A stretch of DNA of 64,000 nucleotides, taken from the NCBI GenBank assembly GCA_021786315.1, contig JAJYNN010000002.1:100160-164159 (forward strand). The letters are read 5' to 3'. The DNA comes from a bacterium (GTDB lineage: Bacteria > Patescibacteriota > Microgenomatia > Daviesbacterales > UBA10151). The notes beneath the pieces were generated by a model. The model was not told where the DNA came from and did no database searches. It saw nothing but the letters and a program-made list of their open reading frames with translations. Shown piece by piece: positions 63,601 through 64,000 of this stretch (its first letter is position 1; every line of letters starts with the position of its first letter). The position numbers and the translations under genes were made by a program.

Positions 63601-64000
63601 AACAAACTGGCGGTGGCGGCAGTAGTGGAAAGCGTTCCGCCGCTTACTGCTAGGTTTTCGGAAAAGGTGCCCGATCCGGTGATATCCAAGGCGGTTGCGG
63701 GGGAGGTGGTTCCAATACCGACGTTACCGCTGGTGTTAATGGTCACTCCGTTGCCGGCAGTACCCCCGGTAATTAAGGCGATGGTGTTGGAATCCAGCCT
63801 GTATAACCCGGAATCGGTGTCGTTGGTAAACCTTAGTGCCGGGGAGGCAGCTGTACCGTCAGGTAGGGAAACAAAATTTCTGAACCTGGTGGATCCGGCA
63901 ATATCCAGATTGTTATTGATTGTTGTAGTTCCTGAAGAAGCCCCGATATTTACCGCGGTAGCGGCTCCACCGAAATTGATGGTGGTAGCAGTATCGTTGA
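54681..64000 (-). CDS. giant repetitive surface/fibre protein (more than 3,100 aa, 5'-partial). 40 or more NVGIGTTSP-type repeats, an internal Peptidase_S74-like intramolecular chaperone motif, a SAQIAS coiled coil and a C-terminal domain.
   Basis: The ORF stays open to the window end. The annotated M at 63746 is an in-frame GTG inside the repeat series. The S74 signature ACLSDIRLKKNINPV is encoded at about 55925-55965. The coiled coil reads AQADVLSAQIASSSAQIASTSAQLASNSAQLASTSAQLA. Confidence 0.7.
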   Translation of the reverse strand, partial: NDTATTINFGGAATAVNIGASSGTTTINNNLDIAGSTRFRNFVSLPDGTAASPALRFTNDTDSGLYRLDSNTIALITGGTAGNGVTINTSGNVGIGTTSPATALDITGSGTFSENLAVSGGTLSTTAATASLFNANATALNIGGAATSISLGAATGTATINNAITQVAGVLNVNGSGASYFTGNVGVGTTSPSSALHVIGSIQISTGLIKRSDNQTVIDISADPIIYNPNGTPVLTVGSGAAGDGTSRWGGLAARHNLAGEEPYGLVFSDNGAMTLGGGRNTMNAVTNINFNTATNNTTQTGNTRMTITGAGNVGINDSSPAALFVVGNGDLFQVNSSGYTLLPDGTASTPALSFTGDTDTGLYRLTGNTLRLTTGGSATNGITIESNGNIGIATTAPIYKLDVNGNARLGATQVTGAITASTGNINIGDAGTKFGTVYADTVNATSLIGVVVGGSTNSNDWTINADNATDDAEAMNLIFERGTATPNALMSWDITNKQFTLNSGLSITNGIGSGNVGIGTTSPGAKLDIALGTITSDIPVMNATVTWNDAGTKNGIKLNVTDTSSGAASNLIDLQVGSATQFAVRKDGYATLANALRAGNGSASVPTFTFSSDTDTGIFTSEANTLNLATGGTEQMRIASNGNIGIGTTSPAYQLQVYGNTADVVRSKVQNDNASGFASTSVQYSTSAYLNQNVYGASYAGTSLGINKAGNAFITSGAATLAVGTADSNSLILATNDASRLAIDATGNVGIGTTSPGSLLSVGTNNLFQVNSSGNVFINGNQKYSTGGLSELMELNNQPTTYGGIAMNNWWNNTGSAVLVFNKSASDTEGVHALPAANSHIMMLIGRGSDGVSSFLSAARIDFDIDGVTSATSMPGAIVFRTTAPGDTNVTERMRINSAGNIGIGNTNPKVLLSVGTDVGINTTSFGTSVPAQGSVGVGLLIGKLDSFKLIQSYDSQPLAINYGGNNTLLNATGGNVGIGTTSPLAKLEMDAANADSIYFRLVRSDVSRALKMSPSINNTNDGLSAGHQEIETTGDLRLVTGNGGGGGDGDISFAPANVSRMFIQSSNGNVGIGTTAPSALLHVVGGSIRNDTSYILTNRGSIGAGTASNDLRVVGVGNLELGGNSAVGMTLTSAGNVGIGTTSPTDTLHVVNANRNAGILLKGSDPRITINSASTSDSSQIVFIDNTTQRGDIFTNGYGLNLTYTASSNQGAISIGSANNVMVGGAGSGDATAKLQVKGAGTTTGFTFRTQDNNSVDKFVIMDNGNVGIGTTNPGYNLDVNGNINANGYLQLTGSTSSYNTSVAPLIYNSAGNGSSYPFAESGNLIIQPRVTTYNRDIVLATGLTTPSPRMVIDRYGNVGIGTTGPNSNLQVLGTSGVSALRVNRGDVFVANNSDVDQGRFRAWSNGFNIDNPSSNPIYFGRDFANDVYFQGGGGGTVTNMIIKSGGNVGIGTTAPTSLLHLKGAATTSGTTLTIDNDYGESPKTINFSSSGTAMAQFKAYGRPTGAVPDEPYISLSLTDGSSLQDRIRIIKSGNVGIGTTAPLAKLELATGGADANSLVIANGNYYGAKDSGGTIRALLGKDTSDITTLITASGKDMQFKEGTSASMYIKTGGSVGIGTTNPTYTLDVRGNDIINVGTSGGSGLLRLAEIGSLELNGSNLNIGYSSGISNLIFNTNNGGVAAERMRVDTNGNVGIGTTNPSYKLDVVGTSNFYDSAGKSLIATTQTTEPSTISVAPLISVFSGQGNPGLQVIATDGSAFASDLIRGEAYRTASSAFNLLKLTVDADGTPDTKFLVQGNGNVGIGTTSPGAVLDILGNNSSGYALRISGPGSGNMSGLYIATGAGTNTGANIVLSSANTGNLISATGSSGNGYFKVTTAYNADPQMYISGNVGIGTTSPGQFLDITNTATGNVSGIRIANSDQSNTTTQTAGIQFSPDTRQLNGAWIRVGKEAADWGTGSNIDTFMSFNVDQDNSQHERLRITSSGNVGIGTTSPQVALDVKGTINASTQLNVNGGGVLNFPGGGPIGIGDIGNNNTALALKANSAEVMRLTNGNVGIGTTSPTTKLQVVGGALLLDNNQPIQWKGSDAIARNVLTFDSSNYLDLDNGVYGSGTKIQFRGNNGSSQSTVFSVSTDYNAGTQGNATLLGTLTVQGSGSSSFAGNVGIGTTSPGEKLEVNGNIRVDNLNYIKFPTSSWGTPFIGVYSNRADWLSFVSGETSSAGFRWVDGTAGNLDNAIMSLSNSGNLTVGGTLAVSGSGNSYFTGNVGIGTTSPLVKFNVNGLAMFGGTTRSSVDSNDAIYVQGPTSQYSQMHLYSTTGTINGYLSLNGGTDGLGPGAMNLWTYSNHPVNIGTNDSIKMTIAAGGNVGIGTTSPGYKLDLSFTGDNWIRLHDSNNATKYAQFGIEGGVTKILGNGNDVAIRTDGGGWSDKVTFKNSGNVGIGTTNPGSVLTIQSPTNGTEAYLSVLPLNSTQSVNIGYNHIYESGTNATNNLMLDSKGAGYLLLQTSGGTGGVGIGVGTPGTALDVAGTARATSLYAYNNTGTDIIRIQPGNDTNPTYNAITLGNAAWNSYPFTVQKNGVVNSAGLNVSGNAYASGNVYIGTTMPNAVAPLVVHDSQGETRVNGAGIGTERSLWYIANGNASGQIIMQINGTNRFIVDSAGNGSIQGCLTYNGGTLGACLSDIRLKKNINPVNLGLKEILGLNPVTFQYNGLGGTLDDGNIKSGLIAQQVEQVAPQLVSTREVQLYPTDTTLTQVKEVNYGALTFGLINSVKEQQDEINSYVAQVSSFNLSVNTNGSLQTPSLKVDQIAVTSEATISGELKVADNSLDSSGLTASGQPVASTSAIQYQAGTNYIEVASTLKTIDTQLAAVQAQADVLSAQIASSSAQIASTSAQLASNSAQLASTSAQLAKVQSDVDNLKLTSPDVLLATGSAVLANLSVASEATISGQLTAYQATISDTFKSLGTTSLASTTIAGDFTVDGTMSLTGNSVNSIGALFIQNSPLATLVDFFNGKAQIDNTGKISVQKVEVSSQTLSTATIPAGQTTLIVNTDQVTATSRIFLTPHQPVTLGVSSKSVGQSFTVQLNQAQAQDITFDWWIVDSKP
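56880..63740. repeat. intragenic imperfect tandem repeats (period about 250-330 nt) with a recurring conserved ~24-mer ggttgtcccgatacccacattgcc
   Basis: The 24-mer and close variants recur at roughly 56886, 57190, 57490, 57822, 58020, 58308, 58900, 59132, 59905, 60180, 60570, 61050, 61738, 62052 and 62432. Confidence 0.75.

Overview
This window looks like a low-GC, small-genome bacterial contig, probably from the Candidate Phyla Radiation / Patescibacteria. That placement is an inference from several signs: a 16S gene whose universal 515F region is divergent (GTGCCAGAAGCCTCGGTAA), a 23S gene interrupted by a group-I-like intron carrying a LAGLIDADG homing endonuclease, an ATP-dependent DNA ligase, a short ribosomal protein S1, and many leaderless-looking genes. 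Gene content falls into five blocks. (1) Housekeeping genes: the polA 3' end, mutM/fpg, recF, pth, ATP-dependent ligase, pgk, gap, rpsA, and an isoprenoid trio (idi, polyprenyl synthase, uppS). (2) A cell-envelope glycosylation island at about 19.2-29.7 kb with two GT4 genes, two paralogous PMT/ArnT-like GT-C enzymes, a DUF2298-like membrane protein and uppS. It sits next to an operon of secreted Pro-Thr-linker, Cys-rich proteins. (3) A fragmented rRNA locus: 16S, then tRNA-Cys (minus strand) and tRNA-Ile, then about 10 kb of protein genes, then tRNA-Ala, the intron-containing 23S, a type-IV-pilin-like gene, and a 5S with a duplicated 3' end. (4) Two families of short palindromic repeats scattered through the window. 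One is AT-rich (core GAATTAAGAATTAGGAATT) and the other GC-rich (core GAGTGTCRG). Copies lie in intergenic DNA and inside a 23S helix. Strikingly, copies also sit in frame inside essential genes (polA, mutM, ligase, recF, pgk, membrane proteins), much like Rickettsia palindromic elements. (5) A giant CDS of more than 3,000 aa, 5'-partial at the window edge. It is built from 40 or more NVGIGTTSP-type repeats and ends with a phage tail-fibre-like S74 intramolecular chaperone motif (LSDIRLKKNI) and a SAQIAS coiled coil. The giant tail-fibre-like surface protein, the in-frame repeat insertions, and the proposed link between the glycosylation island and the PT-linker proteins are the most interesting candidates for new biology.
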